Source: an uncultured bacterium (GTDB taxonomy: Bacteria > Krumholzibacteriota > Krumholzibacteriia > LZORAL124-64-63). From it: DNA of 64,000 bases. How positions within the stretch are numbered: position 1 is the first letter of the stretch; each line of letters starts with the position of its first letter. Below the pieces are notes generated by a model that had not been told where the DNA came from, ran no database searches, and saw only the letters and a list, made by a program, of their open reading frames with translations. Shown in pieces: positions 10,112 through 19,800 of the stretch. The position numbers and the translations under genes were made by a program. The stretch is taken from NCBI GenBank assembly GCA_963732385.1, contig CAVSZB010000008.1:160001-224000 (forward strand), written 5' to 3'.

Positions 10112-11639
10112 CCAGATCGATGAACTGCGCGCCCACTTCGTCTTCCTGACGGAGAAAGGATACGCGGTGGAGGGGGCGGCCAACGGCCGCGATGCGCTCG
10201 CCATGATCGTGCACAAGCCCTACGATGCGATCCTGCTCGACGAAATGATGCCAGGCCTGGGGGGCCTGGAAACCCTTGCTGAGATCAAGAAGATCGACGA
10301 GACCGTGCCGGTCATCATGGTGACCAAGAGCGAGGCCGAAGATCTCCTCACCCGCGCGATCGGCAGGCGCATCGACGACTATCTGGTCAAACCGGTTTCG
10401 CCGGTGCAGGTCCTTTCGGTCCTGAGGAAGACGCTCGAGGGGCGGCGCATCCGCGGCGAGCAGGTCACCCGCGACTACCTGGCCCACTTCGGCGAGGTCG
10501 GTGACCGGGTCGCCGCCGCGCGCCTGCCGCAGGACTGGGTCGATCTGTACGTCGATCTGACCACCTGGGGCCTGGAACTGTTCACCTACAGCGATCTCGG
10601 TCTGCGGGAGACGCACGCCGAGCAGATGGCGGCCTGCAACCAGGCGCTGGCGCGCTACGTGCGTGAGCGTTACCGCGGCTGGGTCAACGGCGAGGCCGAC
10701 GCGCCGCTGCTGTCGCCGAAGCTGTTCGCCACCTGGGTGGCGCCGGAGATCGCGGCGGGCCGGCAGGTCTTCTGGATCGTGATCGATTGCATGCGTCTCG
10801 ACCAGTGGCGTTTCGTCGAGCCGCTCGTGGAGCCGTACTTCCGCATCGAGAAACGGTACTACTGGTCGATCCTCCCCTCCGCGACCCCCTTCTCGCGCAA
10901 CGCGCTGTTCAGCGGGCTTTACCCGCTGGAACTCGCGCGTCGCTATCCCGACTGGTGGCAGGGATCGTCGCAGCAGGAGCATTCCAAGAACGCCTTCGAG
11001 GAAGAGCTGCTGGGGGAGCAGTTGCGTCGGCTCGCTTCGCCGGCCGCCGACAGTTACAAGTACTACAAGGTGTTCGATGCTCGCGACACCGACAACCTGC
11101 GCCGGCAGATCGGTTCGCTGGGCGGCATGAAGCTGGTCGCCGCCGTCTACAACTTCCTCGACATCATGGCGCACGGCCGGTCACAGTCGGCGATCCTCAA
11201 GGAGCTGGCGCCTGACGAGGCCGCGTTCCGCTCGCTGATGTCGAGCTGGTTCGAGCACTCGTCGCTGTTCGAGGTGCTGAAGCAGGTGGCGCGGCGCGAC
11301 TGTACGGTTCTGCTCACGACCGACCACGGTTCGATGTTCTGCCGCCGGCCCAGTCTGGTGAAGGGCAACCGTGAAACCAGCACGAACGTGCGCTACAAGT
11401 ACGGCGACAACCTGGCGGTGGACGAAAAACAGGTCTTCCTGTTCAAGAACCCGGAGCACTACATGCTGCCGAAGCAGTCGCCGATAGAAAACTACGCCAT
11501 CACGACCGAGAACTACTATCTGGTCTATCCCACGAATTTCCACGAGTACGAACGGATGTATCGCCAAAGCTTCCAGCACGGAGGCATCAGTCTCGAAGAA
11601 TTGATCTGTCCCTTTGTCGTTCTGCGGCCGCGCGGTTGA
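10083..11639 (+). CDS. porX: PorX-type response regulator (receiver plus PglZ/alkaline-phosphatase-like domain)
   Basis: REC motifs 'ILWVDD' and 'LLDEMMPG'. PglZ motifs 'VIDCMRLDQW', 'LPSATPFSRNALFSG', 'TTDHG' and 'FQHGGISLEE'. Confidence 0.85.
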   Translation: MPFRILWVDDQIDELRAHFVFLTEKGYAVEGAANGRDALAMIVHKPYDAILLDEMMPGLGGLETLAEIKKIDETVPVIMVTKSEAEDLLTRAIGRRIDDYLVKPVSPVQVLSVLRKTLEGRRIRGEQVTRDYLAHFGEVGDRVAAARLPQDWVDLYVDLTTWGLELFTYSDLGLRETHAEQMAACNQALARYVRERYRGWVNGEADAPLLSPKLFATWVAPEIAAGRQVFWIVIDCMRLDQWRFVEPLVEPYFRIEKRYYWSILPSATPFSRNALFSGLYPLELARRYPDWWQGSSQQEHSKNAFEEELLGEQLRRLASPAADSYKYYKVFDARDTDNLRRQIGSLGGMKLVAAVYNFLDIMAHGRSQSAILKELAPDEAAFRSLMSSWFEHSSLFEVLKQVARRDCTVLLTTDHGSMFCRRPSLVKGNRETSTNVRYKYGDNLAVDEKQVFLFKNPEHYMLPKQSPIENYAITTENYYLVYPTNFHEYERMYRQSFQHGGISLEELICPFVVLRPRG

Positions 11640-11667
11640 CCGCGGTCCGCTTTTTGCGGAGAGCGCT

Positions 11668-12180
11668 TTGTCTCAACTCATCCCGGATCCGGTGGACTTC
11701 ACGGCGCTCGGCGCGACGGTCTCTCCCGCGGAGACCGCCGCGCTCGGCGTGCGCGCCGCCGGCCTGCTGGGCGGTGGAGAGGCCCTTTTCCTGTGGGGCC
11801 CGCTGGGCGCCGGCAAGACGTTGTTCGTGCAGGGGCTCTGCCGCGGGCTGGGAGTGACCGACGAGGTGGTCTCGCCCACCTACAATCTGGCCTGTCGCTA
11901 CCGCGGGCGGCTCCTGGTCCACCACCTCGATTTCTATCGCATCGGCCCTGGCGCCGACCTGGCCGACATCGGTGTGGACGGCATGCTCGAGGATCTCGAC
12001 GCGGGCGACGCCATCCTGGTGGCCGAGTGGCCGCTCCCGCTCGTGCCACACGTGGCGCGGCGGCTGGAACTGCTGGTGGTGCCGGGCGCGGGGGCGGCGG
12101 ACCGTCTCTGGTTCGCGCGGGGCGTTCCGCAACTGCCGCCTGCCTGGCGGACCCTGCTCGCGACGGCGCCGCCATGCTGA
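11668..12180 (+). CDS. tsaE: t6A biosynthesis ATPase
   Basis: 'GPLGAGKT', 'VSPTYNL', 'HLDFYRI' and 'AEW'. Start uncertain. Confidence 0.9.
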   Translation: MSQLIPDPVDFTALGATVSPAETAALGVRAAGLLGGGEALFLWGPLGAGKTLFVQGLCRGLGVTDEVVSPTYNLACRYRGRLLVHHLDFYRIGPGADLADIGVDGMLEDLDAGDAILVAEWPLPLVPHVARRLELLVVPGAGAADRLWFARGVPQLPPAWRTLLATAPPC

Positions 12181-12995
12181 CGCTCGCTCTCGACACCGCC
12201 ACGGCGTGGGGGCGGTTCGCGCTGGCCGAGGATGGTCGCCTGCTCGCCAACCTGCCTCACAACGTCACCGGAAGCTATGCCGACGCGCTGTTGCCGCTGA
12301 TCGGACGGCTGTTCGAGCAGGGGGAGCGGCGGCTGGAGGAGGTCGGCGCCGTCGGGGTGACGTGCGGCCCCGGCAGTTTCACCGGCGTGCGCATCGGTCT
12401 GGCGACGGCGAAGGGGCTGGCGTGGGCGCTGGGCGCCCGGCTGGTGCCGGTGCCGACCCTGGCGGCGATGGCGGCAGCCCTGCTCGACGAGTGGACCGAC
12501 CGTGACCTCGCGGTGCCGGCGCTCGACGCGCGACGTGGCGAGGTGTTCGCCGCGCTCTACCGGCGGCGCGGCGCCTGGGTCGAGGCGGTGGAACCGCCCG
12601 CCGCGCGCCTGCCCGACGCCTGGTGGGCCTGCCTGAGCAGCCGGCTGTCCGGTGGCACGGCGTCGGTGTGGGGCGGTAGCGGCGTCGAACTGTTGGTCGG
12701 GCAGGGGCCGTCGCTGCGGCCCGGACTCGCGGCCCGCGGTGAGCCGGAGCCGCGTGCCTGGTCGGCCGCGCATCCCGACACCGCCCGTGCCCTGGCGCTG
12801 GCGATGGGCGATCCGACCGCGCAGTTGCCGGCGGTCCACCCCTTCGCTGCGGTGCCGCTGTATCTGCGGGCGTCCGAGGCGGAGGTCAAGCGGCGGCTCG
12901 ATCTCACGCCGGGCGCGCCCGACTGGGCGTGCGAGGCTTCAGGGGGCGAGCCGGGCGAAGCGGCCCCCTCACCGCCGGACGAGGCCACCCGATGA
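12174..12995 (+). CDS. tsaB: t6A biosynthesis protein TsaB
   Basis: 'LALDTAT', 'GPGSFTGVRIG', 'DARRGEVF' and 'PLYLR'. Confidence 0.92.
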   Translation: MLTLALDTATAWGRFALAEDGRLLANLPHNVTGSYADALLPLIGRLFEQGERRLEEVGAVGVTCGPGSFTGVRIGLATAKGLAWALGARLVPVPTLAAMAAALLDEWTDRDLAVPALDARRGEVFAALYRRRGAWVEAVEPPAARLPDAWWACLSSRLSGGTASVWGGSGVELLVGQGPSLRPGLAARGEPEPRAWSAAHPDTARALALAMGDPTAQLPAVHPFAAVPLYLRASEAEVKRRLDLTPGAPDWACEASGGEPGEAAPSPPDEATR

Positions 12996-13468
12996 CCGAA
13001 GCCGGCGACAGGCTGCGGGTGCGCCCCGCGCGGGCGGATGATCTGCCCGCCGTCGAACGGATCGAGAACAGCAGTTTCGCCGACGCCTGGCCGCGGCCGG
13101 CGCTGGCGGAGGAACTGCACCCCGACTCGCTGCGGTTGCCGTTGGTGGCGGAGCGCGACGGCGAGGTTGTTGGCTATTTGATGGCCTGGCGCGCGGGCGA
13201 CGAGCTGCACATCCTGAATCTCGCCGTGGACGGGGCGGAGCGCCGGCGGGGCATCGGGGAGCGGCTGCTGGCGGAGGCGATCGCGGAGGGGGTGGCCCGG
13301 GCGATGGCGCTGGTCACCCTGGAAGTCCGCGAGAGCAACGAGCCGGCGCGCCGCTTCTACGCAAGCCATGGTTTCGTAGCCATGGGGCGCAGGCGGCGTT
13401 ACTATCGTGACAATGGCGAGGATGCGATCGTCATGACGCTCCCCTTGCGCGGGACGGCGCCGGACTGA
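12992..13468 (+). CDS. rimI: Ribosomal-protein alanine N-acetyltransferase
   Basis: 'ELHILNLAV', 'RRRGIG', 'LEVRESN' and 'YYRDNGEDAIVM'. Confidence 0.92.
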   Translation: MTEAGDRLRVRPARADDLPAVERIENSSFADAWPRPALAEELHPDSLRLPLVAERDGEVVGYLMAWRAGDELHILNLAVDGAERRRGIGERLLAEAIAEGVARAMALVTLEVRESNEPARRFYASHGFVAMGRRRRYYRDNGEDAIVMTLPLRGTAPD

Positions 13469-13567
13469 CCGGACCGGCGCGCGGCGAAGGGTTGTCCACC
13501 GGCCGCCGAAAGGTTACCGTTGCCGCGCCATGACCGGGTGCGGACCGGACGGTGCGAGGAGGCAGGC

Positions 13568-14446
13568 GTGTCCTGGCTGAATCAGGCCAAAAAAGGCATC
13601 AAGGTAGTCGGGGAAAAGAAAGAGATCCCCGATAACCTGTGGCAGAAATGCCCCGGCTGCGGGGATGTCCTCTATCATCGTGAACTCGAGCGCAATCTCT
13701 GGGTGTGCGGGTCGTGCAATCACCACCTGCGCATCACCTGCCAGCAATACCTCGATCTGCTGCTCGACGGCGGCTCCTGGCAGGAGACCCACCGCGGTCT
13801 CACTTCACGCGATCCGCTCGAGTTCAAGGACTCCGCCCGCTATCGCGACCGTCTGCGTGCCTCGATGAAGAAGACCGGGCGCGAGGAGGCGGTCATGGTC
13901 GGGCAGGGCCTCATCGACGAGGTGCCGGTCCAGTTGGGCCTGCTGGATTTCGAGTTCATGGGCGGCAGCATGGGGTCGGTGGTGGGGGAGAAGCTGTCGC
14001 GTCTGTTCCGCGACGCGCTCGCGACGCGTACGGTCGCGATCGTCCTGTCGCGCTCCGGCGGCGCTCGCATGCAGGAATCGCTGCTTTCGCTAATGCAGAT
14101 GGCCAAAACCAGCGCCATCCTCTCCCGTCTGCGCCGCGACGGCGTGCCGTTCATCTCCATCCTGACGAATCCGACCACCGGCGGCGTCACGGCGAGTTTC
14201 GCCGTGCTGGGCGATGTGCTGATCGCCGAGCCGGGCGCCCTGATCGGCTTCGCGGGGCCGCGGGTCATCCAGCAGACGATCAACAGCGAACTGCCGGAAG
14301 GTTTCCAGTCCTCGGAGTTCCTGCTCGATCACGGCCAACTCGACCTGATCGTCAACCGCCGGGATCTCAGGGCGCGCCTCGGCGAGATCCTGCACTGGTT
14401 CACGGACGGGCGCGACGTTTCGGTGCGTCAGCCGTTCCGCGGCTGA
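13568..14446 (+). CDS. accD: Acetyl-CoA carboxylase carboxyltransferase beta subunit
   Basis: Zn finger CPGC...CGSC, 'FMGGSMGSVVGEK', 'SGGARMQE' and 'GFAGPRVI'. Confidence 0.96.
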   Translation: MSWLNQAKKGIKVVGEKKEIPDNLWQKCPGCGDVLYHRELERNLWVCGSCNHHLRITCQQYLDLLLDGGSWQETHRGLTSRDPLEFKDSARYRDRLRASMKKTGREEAVMVGQGLIDEVPVQLGLLDFEFMGGSMGSVVGEKLSRLFRDALATRTVAIVLSRSGGARMQESLLSLMQMAKTSAILSRLRRDGVPFISILTNPTTGGVTASFAVLGDVLIAEPGALIGFAGPRVIQQTINSELPEGFQSSEFLLDHGQLDLIVNRRDLRARLGEILHWFTDGRDVSVRQPFRG

Positions 14447-14511
14447 GGGCCGTCGTGGCCGCGCCGCGCGCCGCAGCCCCGCAGCCGGAGCCTTCGGCCG
14501 GTGAGCCAGGC

Positions 14512-15861
14512 GTGCAGACGGCCGGCCTGCCGCCGTTCATCCCGGACAACCCGGACCTCGACTGGCTGTTCCGGCTCAACCTCTTCGGCATCCAGCCCGG
14601 CCTGGAGCGGATCGAGGCCCTGCTGGCGGAGCTCGGGCACCCGGAGCGGGCGCTGCGCACGATCGTGATCGCCGGCACCAACGGCAAGGGCAGCGCCACG
14701 CGCCTGTTGGCGGCGCTGCTCGGCGCCGCCGGGCACCGGGTCGCGTGCTACACCAGTCCGCACCTCCTGCGGGTCTACGAGCGTCTGGAGCTGGACGGCG
14801 AACCTTGCGATCCGGGGCGGTTCGCCGCCGCGGCGGCGAGACTGCGCCCGGCGATCGAGCAGCACGGCGCGAGCTGGTTCGAGGCGCTGACCGCGATCGC
14901 GTTCGATCTCTGCCGCGAAGCCGGCAGCGAGGTGCTCTGCTGCGAAGCGGGGGTCGGCGGACGGCTCGACGCCAGCAATGCGCTGCCGGCCGTGGCCACG
15001 CTGTTGACGAGCGTCGCGATGGACCATGAGCAGCTCCTGGGCGACACGCTCGCGCGGATCGCGGCCGAAAAGCTCGGGCTGCTCAAGCCGGGCGCGCCGT
15101 TGTTCTGTGCCGTGCCCGAGGCGCTGCGCGCGCAGGTCTTCGCGGCCGGGGTGGAGGCCGGCAGTCCGGTGCACTTCCTCGACGAACAGACGGTGATCGC
15201 GCCGCGGGACGCGGCCGGCCGCTGGGATCTGGTCACCCGGCGCGGCGTCATTGCCGACCTGCCGCCCCTGGCAGCGCCGTGGCTGTGCCGCAACGCGGCG
15301 TTGGCGCTGCTTTGCGTGGAGGATCTGGCCGCGCGCGGTCTTGTGCGCGCACCGGCCGATCCGGCCGCGGCGCTGGCGGGGGCCTTCCTGCCCGGACGGC
15401 AGCAGCATGTCCTGACGGCGCCCGACTGGATTTTCGACACCGCGCATAACGGCGAGGCGCTGCACGCGGCCCTCGACACGTTCCTGGCCCGGCCGGTAGA
15501 GGGGCGCCGCCTGGTTCTGTTCGGGTCGATGCGCGAGAAATCGCTCGACGATGGCGTGGGGGAACGGTTGCGTCGCTGCGCTCACGTGGTGGCGGCGCCC
15601 GTGGCGCTGCCCCGCACCCGCACGGCGGCCGAACTGGCGGATCTGTTGCGTGGCTGGGGGTTAGCCGAGCCCGAAGTGGCGCCTGATCTGGGTGCCGCGC
15701 TGGCCCGGCTCGGACGCCTCACCGCCGCCGCCGATGCCGTACTGGTCACCGGCTCCTGTTTCACGGTGGCGGAGGTGCTCTGGCGGCTCGGCTACGACGA
15801 CCTGCGCGAGACGCGTGTGCCGCGTCAGGCGCGGGAACTGCCGGCCCGTGCGGCCGGTTGA
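14512..15861 (+). CDS. folC: Folylpolyglutamate/dihydrofolate synthase
   Basis: 'AGTNGKGS', 'YTSPHL', 'EAGVGGRLDASN', 'DTAHN' and 'VTGS'. Follows accD. Start uncertain. Confidence 0.9.
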   Translation: MQTAGLPPFIPDNPDLDWLFRLNLFGIQPGLERIEALLAELGHPERALRTIVIAGTNGKGSATRLLAALLGAAGHRVACYTSPHLLRVYERLELDGEPCDPGRFAAAAARLRPAIEQHGASWFEALTAIAFDLCREAGSEVLCCEAGVGGRLDASNALPAVATLLTSVAMDHEQLLGDTLARIAAEKLGLLKPGAPLFCAVPEALRAQVFAAGVEAGSPVHFLDEQTVIAPRDAAGRWDLVTRRGVIADLPPLAAPWLCRNAALALLCVEDLAARGLVRAPADPAAALAGAFLPGRQQHVLTAPDWIFDTAHNGEALHAALDTFLARPVEGRRLVLFGSMREKSLDDGVGERLRRCAHVVAAPVALPRTRTAAELADLLRGWGLAEPEVAPDLGAALARLGRLTAAADAVLVTGSCFTVAEVLWRLGYDDLRETRVPRQARELPARAAG

Positions 15862-15886
15862 CGGCAGTGACGGAAGGAGACGGTGG

Positions 15887-16858
15887 TTGAGCCTGGAACT
15901 CGTGCTCGGCGCGGATACTGGCGGCACGGCGGTCAAGTTCGCCGTTTGTGACACGGATGGCGCGGTCGTGGCGTCCGGCGAGACGGCCACGAACGCGCAC
16001 GATTCGCGCGAGACCCTGTCCCGTCTGGCCGCCTCCGCCCTCGCGGCGCTGCCGGACGGCGGCCGGCTCGCGGCGGTCGGCGTGGCGTGCGCCGGCATCG
16101 TGGGCCCGCGCGACGGACACCTCGGGCGCTCCCCCAACCTGCCCGGCTGGCAGAACCGGGATCTGGCCGCCGACGTGCGCGCTGTCTTCGGCGATCTGCC
16201 GGCGGCCTTCGTCAATGACGTCAACGCTGCCGTCTACGGCGAGTGGCGCCAGGGCGCCGGCCGGGGATTCCGGCACCTGGTCATGATCGCGCTGGGCACC
16301 GGCGTGGGGGGCGGAGTGATCTGCAATGGTCGTCTGCTCACCGGCGCGCGCGATGCCGCCGGGGAGATCGGCCACATGGTGCTCGATCCCGCAGGACCCC
16401 TGTGCAACTGTGGCAATCGCGGGTGTCTCGAAGCCTACGCCGGCGCGGCCGGATTGGGGCGGCGCGCCGCCGAACTGGCGGCGGCGCCCGGCGTGGCCGG
16501 TCCGGCGTTTCGGGCGGCGGTGGGTGACGGGACCGGGCGCGCGGAGCTGGCCGACCTGCACGCGCTGGCCGCGGCGGGCGACGCCACCGCGCGCGAACTG
16601 TTCGCCTGGGCGGGGCGCGCCCTGGGGCAGGCGGTAGCCAATTGCGTCAACGTGCTCGACCCCGATGCCGTGATCATCGGCGGTGGCGTGGCGCGGGCCG
16701 GGAGCTTCATCCTGGGTCCGTGCGCCGAGACCGCGCGCCGTCTGATCATGGCGGAAGCGAGCCGCGAGGTGCCGCTGCTGCCCGCCGCGCTCGGCACGCT
16801 CGCCGCCGCGCGCGGCGCCGCCGCCCTGGCGGCCGACCGGGGCGGGGACAGTCCGTGA
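15887..16858 (+). CDS. ROK-family sugar kinase (glucokinase-like)
   Basis: 'GADTGGT', 'NDVNAA', 'GTGVGGG', 'GEIGH' and 'CNCGNRGCLE'. Confidence 0.9.
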   Translation: MSLELVLGADTGGTAVKFAVCDTDGAVVASGETATNAHDSRETLSRLAASALAALPDGGRLAAVGVACAGIVGPRDGHLGRSPNLPGWQNRDLAADVRAVFGDLPAAFVNDVNAAVYGEWRQGAGRGFRHLVMIALGTGVGGGVICNGRLLTGARDAAGEIGHMVLDPAGPLCNCGNRGCLEAYAGAAGLGRRAAELAAAPGVAGPAFRAAVGDGTGRAELADLHALAAAGDATARELFAWAGRALGQAVANCVNVLDPDAVIIGGGVARAGSFILGPCAETARRLIMAEASREVPLLPAALGTLAAARGAAALAADRGGDSP

Positions 16859-19800
16859 TCCGGACGCCCGGTCAGCGCTCCATCGGGCCGCTGCTGGCGC
16901 TCTCCCTGAGCGTGCTGCTTTGTGCTTTTCCTCCCGAGCGGGGGCCGGCGCAGGAGCTCCCGCCGGTCCCGACGGCTGACAGTGCGGCCGTGGATTCGAC
17001 CGGACGCGGCGGAGGGGGCGCCCCGACCCTGCCCGGATTCACCCGCATCCGGTCCCGGGGACCACTTGTCTACCGGGTGCAGGACGGCGAGCCGGTCACG
17101 ATCCTGACCGACAGTGTCCTGGTCGAACGTGACAGCCTGGCCGTTTCCGCCGATTCCGCGTTCTGCTACCGAGCGCTCGAGGTCTACGACTTCCGTGGCA
17201 ACGTGATAGTGGTGAGCGGCGACATGGTGCTCCACTCCCGGCGCTCCGTGCTGCGCCGTCTCGAGGATGCCGCCGACAGCGAGGGCGAGGTCCGGATCGA
17301 GGAGAAGGGGGTCGTCGGCACCGCCACCCGAGGCGAATCGCGCGCGGGGGGTGCGCTGACGCGTCTGATCGGCGAGGCCCGTCTCGTGTCGCCGGAGTAC
17401 ACCGTCTGGGCCGATACGATCGTCCAGTACCGCGACGACGACCGCGGCGAGGCGTTCGGCAACGTGCGGTTGCTCGATCCCGCCTCCCGGACCTTCGTTA
17501 CGGGCGGGCGCGCCGTGTTCCGCCGGCACGAGGGGACCGCGGTGGTGGACCGCGGCCCGTCGCTTACCACGCGCGAGCGCGGCGAAGGCTCCCTCGCGGG
17601 GACCTCCCGCCTGATGCGCTTCCAGCGCGAACCGGACCGCATCGTCATGATCGACTCCGTACGGATCAGGCAGGGGCGTCAGCAGGCTCTCGCCGACACC
17701 GCCGTCGTGCTGGGGCGCGAACGGGTGCTGCTGCGCGGCAACCCGACGCTGCACGACGGCGAGCGCACGACGATGAGCGGTCGCGAGATCGAACTGCTCT
17801 ACCGCGACGAGGCGCTCGATCGTGCCCTGCTGCGCGGCGCGGCGCGGATCGAGGACACCCAGCCCGACAGCCTGGCCCGGCTCTTTCCGGGGCTGCCCGC
17901 GGCGAATGTTCTCGAGGGGGACACCATCACCGTGGAGATCAGCGCGGAGGAGATCCGGCGCACGACGGTCCTCGGTTCGGCGCACAGCCTGTACGTGCCC
18001 GAGGACGTCGCCGACGAGATCGCGTCGAACGATGTCAAGGGTGACACCATTGTGATCGACTTCCGGCGCGGCAGGGTGGACGTCGTCCAGGTGAGCGGCA
18101 GCATGTCCGGGATCTACAGCTTCGTGCGGCGCGAGAATCTCGTTGCGGCGCCAGTTGATTCCGCGGCGGTCGACTCGACGGCGACGACCAGCAGGGTTTC
18201 GACCGCTCCAACCGTTCCGGCCGGTCCGGTCGCGGGGAGCGCCGCCGCCGCTGACACGAACGGCACCCCGGTGGTCGTCCCGCCTGGCGGGGCCGATTTC
18301 GCCCGGCGGCGCGAGACCGTCGTCTACTCGGGGCATGCCGCGGTCTTCCGTCTGGGCGAACGCTCCATCGACGTCACGCGCGACGCCAGTCTCGACTACG
18401 GCACCCTGAAGCTCGACGCGCGGCACGTCCGCTTCGACACCGTGCGGCGGGAGCTGTACGCCGACGGGGACCCGCTGCTGGAGGATGACGCCCAGAAGAT
18501 CGCCGGCGATCAGATGGGCTACAACTTCGGCGTGCGCTCCGGCGCGGTGCGTGACGGCGTCACGACCTACGATGGCAGTTACTACACCGGCCGGGAGATC
18601 AGGCGTTTCGCCGACGGCACGCTCAAGATCCGCTCCGGCCGGATGACCTCGTGCAACCTGGCGCGGCCGCACTACCACTTCTGGGCCGACAAGATGAAGA
18701 TCCGGATGGGCGACAAGGTGGTGGCGTCGCCGATCGTAATGAAGATCGGCGAGGTGCCGGTCTTCGCGCTGCCGGTGTACTTCAAGTCCCTCAGGAGCGG
18801 CCGCCGCTCGGGGATCCTTTTTCCCAATTTCGGTTTCGGCTGGACCTCCCGTGAGGGACGCTTCGTCCGCGACTGGGGCTACTACTGGGCGACCAACGAC
18901 TATCTCGACTTCACCCTGCGCGGCGATTACAACGAGAAGCGCAACCTGGCCATGCGGCTGACGAATCGCTACGTCAAACGCTATACCTATACCGGAGGGT
19001 TCGACTGGTCGCGCAGCAACGGACTCGGCAGCGGCGTCCGAGTTGATGAGTGGCAGTTGCGCTGGAATCACAATCAGGAGTCACTCTTCGATGTCTACAC
19101 CCTGCGCGGAGACGTCCAGCTGGCCAGCCGCACCCTCACGCGCAACGACCTCACCAGCGACGTGAATCGTGACGTGATCAGTGGGCAACTGCACTCCACG
19201 GTTTTCGTCAGTCGCAACTGGCAGAACGCAAGCGGCTCGCTCAACCTGACGCGCGACCAGCAGGTCAACGCCGCCGACGACAATCCGGCGACCGACAACG
19301 TTCTCGCCACGGCCACCCTGCCTCAGATGAACGTCAGCTTCCGCCGTCGCTCCGTCCTGGCGCCGCTGCCGGCCGGAAGCCGGGGATCGTTGGCGGGCGA
19401 TCTGCTGCGCGCCGCCTACTTCAGCCACTCCTACTCCGCGAGCCGGCAGGCCACGTCGCGGGAGCTGACGGATCAGCAGGTCACCTCCGCGAAGGGCAAT
19501 CTGGCCGTCGAATGGCGTCCGCCGCGACTCGGCTTCCTCAACCTGAACTCCGGCGTGACCGCTTCGCAGTCCTGGCAGCGCAACGCGCGGGAAGGCCGCG
19601 CTTTCGCCGGCTGGGACACGCTGCTCGTCGCCCCCGACAGTTCCGTCATCAGCGAGACCTACCGCGACGTCAGGGAAATCGTCGAAAACACGCTGCCGTC
19701 TCTCGGCATCAACACATCGGCCAACACCACCTTCTACGGCCTGTTCCCGGTCCGGCTCGGCGCGCTGCAGGCGATCCGGCACACGCTGGCGCTGTCGGCC

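Noticed and set aside
10083..11639. BREX defence system suggested by the PglZ domain
   Set aside because: PglZ is fused to a receiver (PorX architecture), and no brxC, pglX or brxL genes are nearby.
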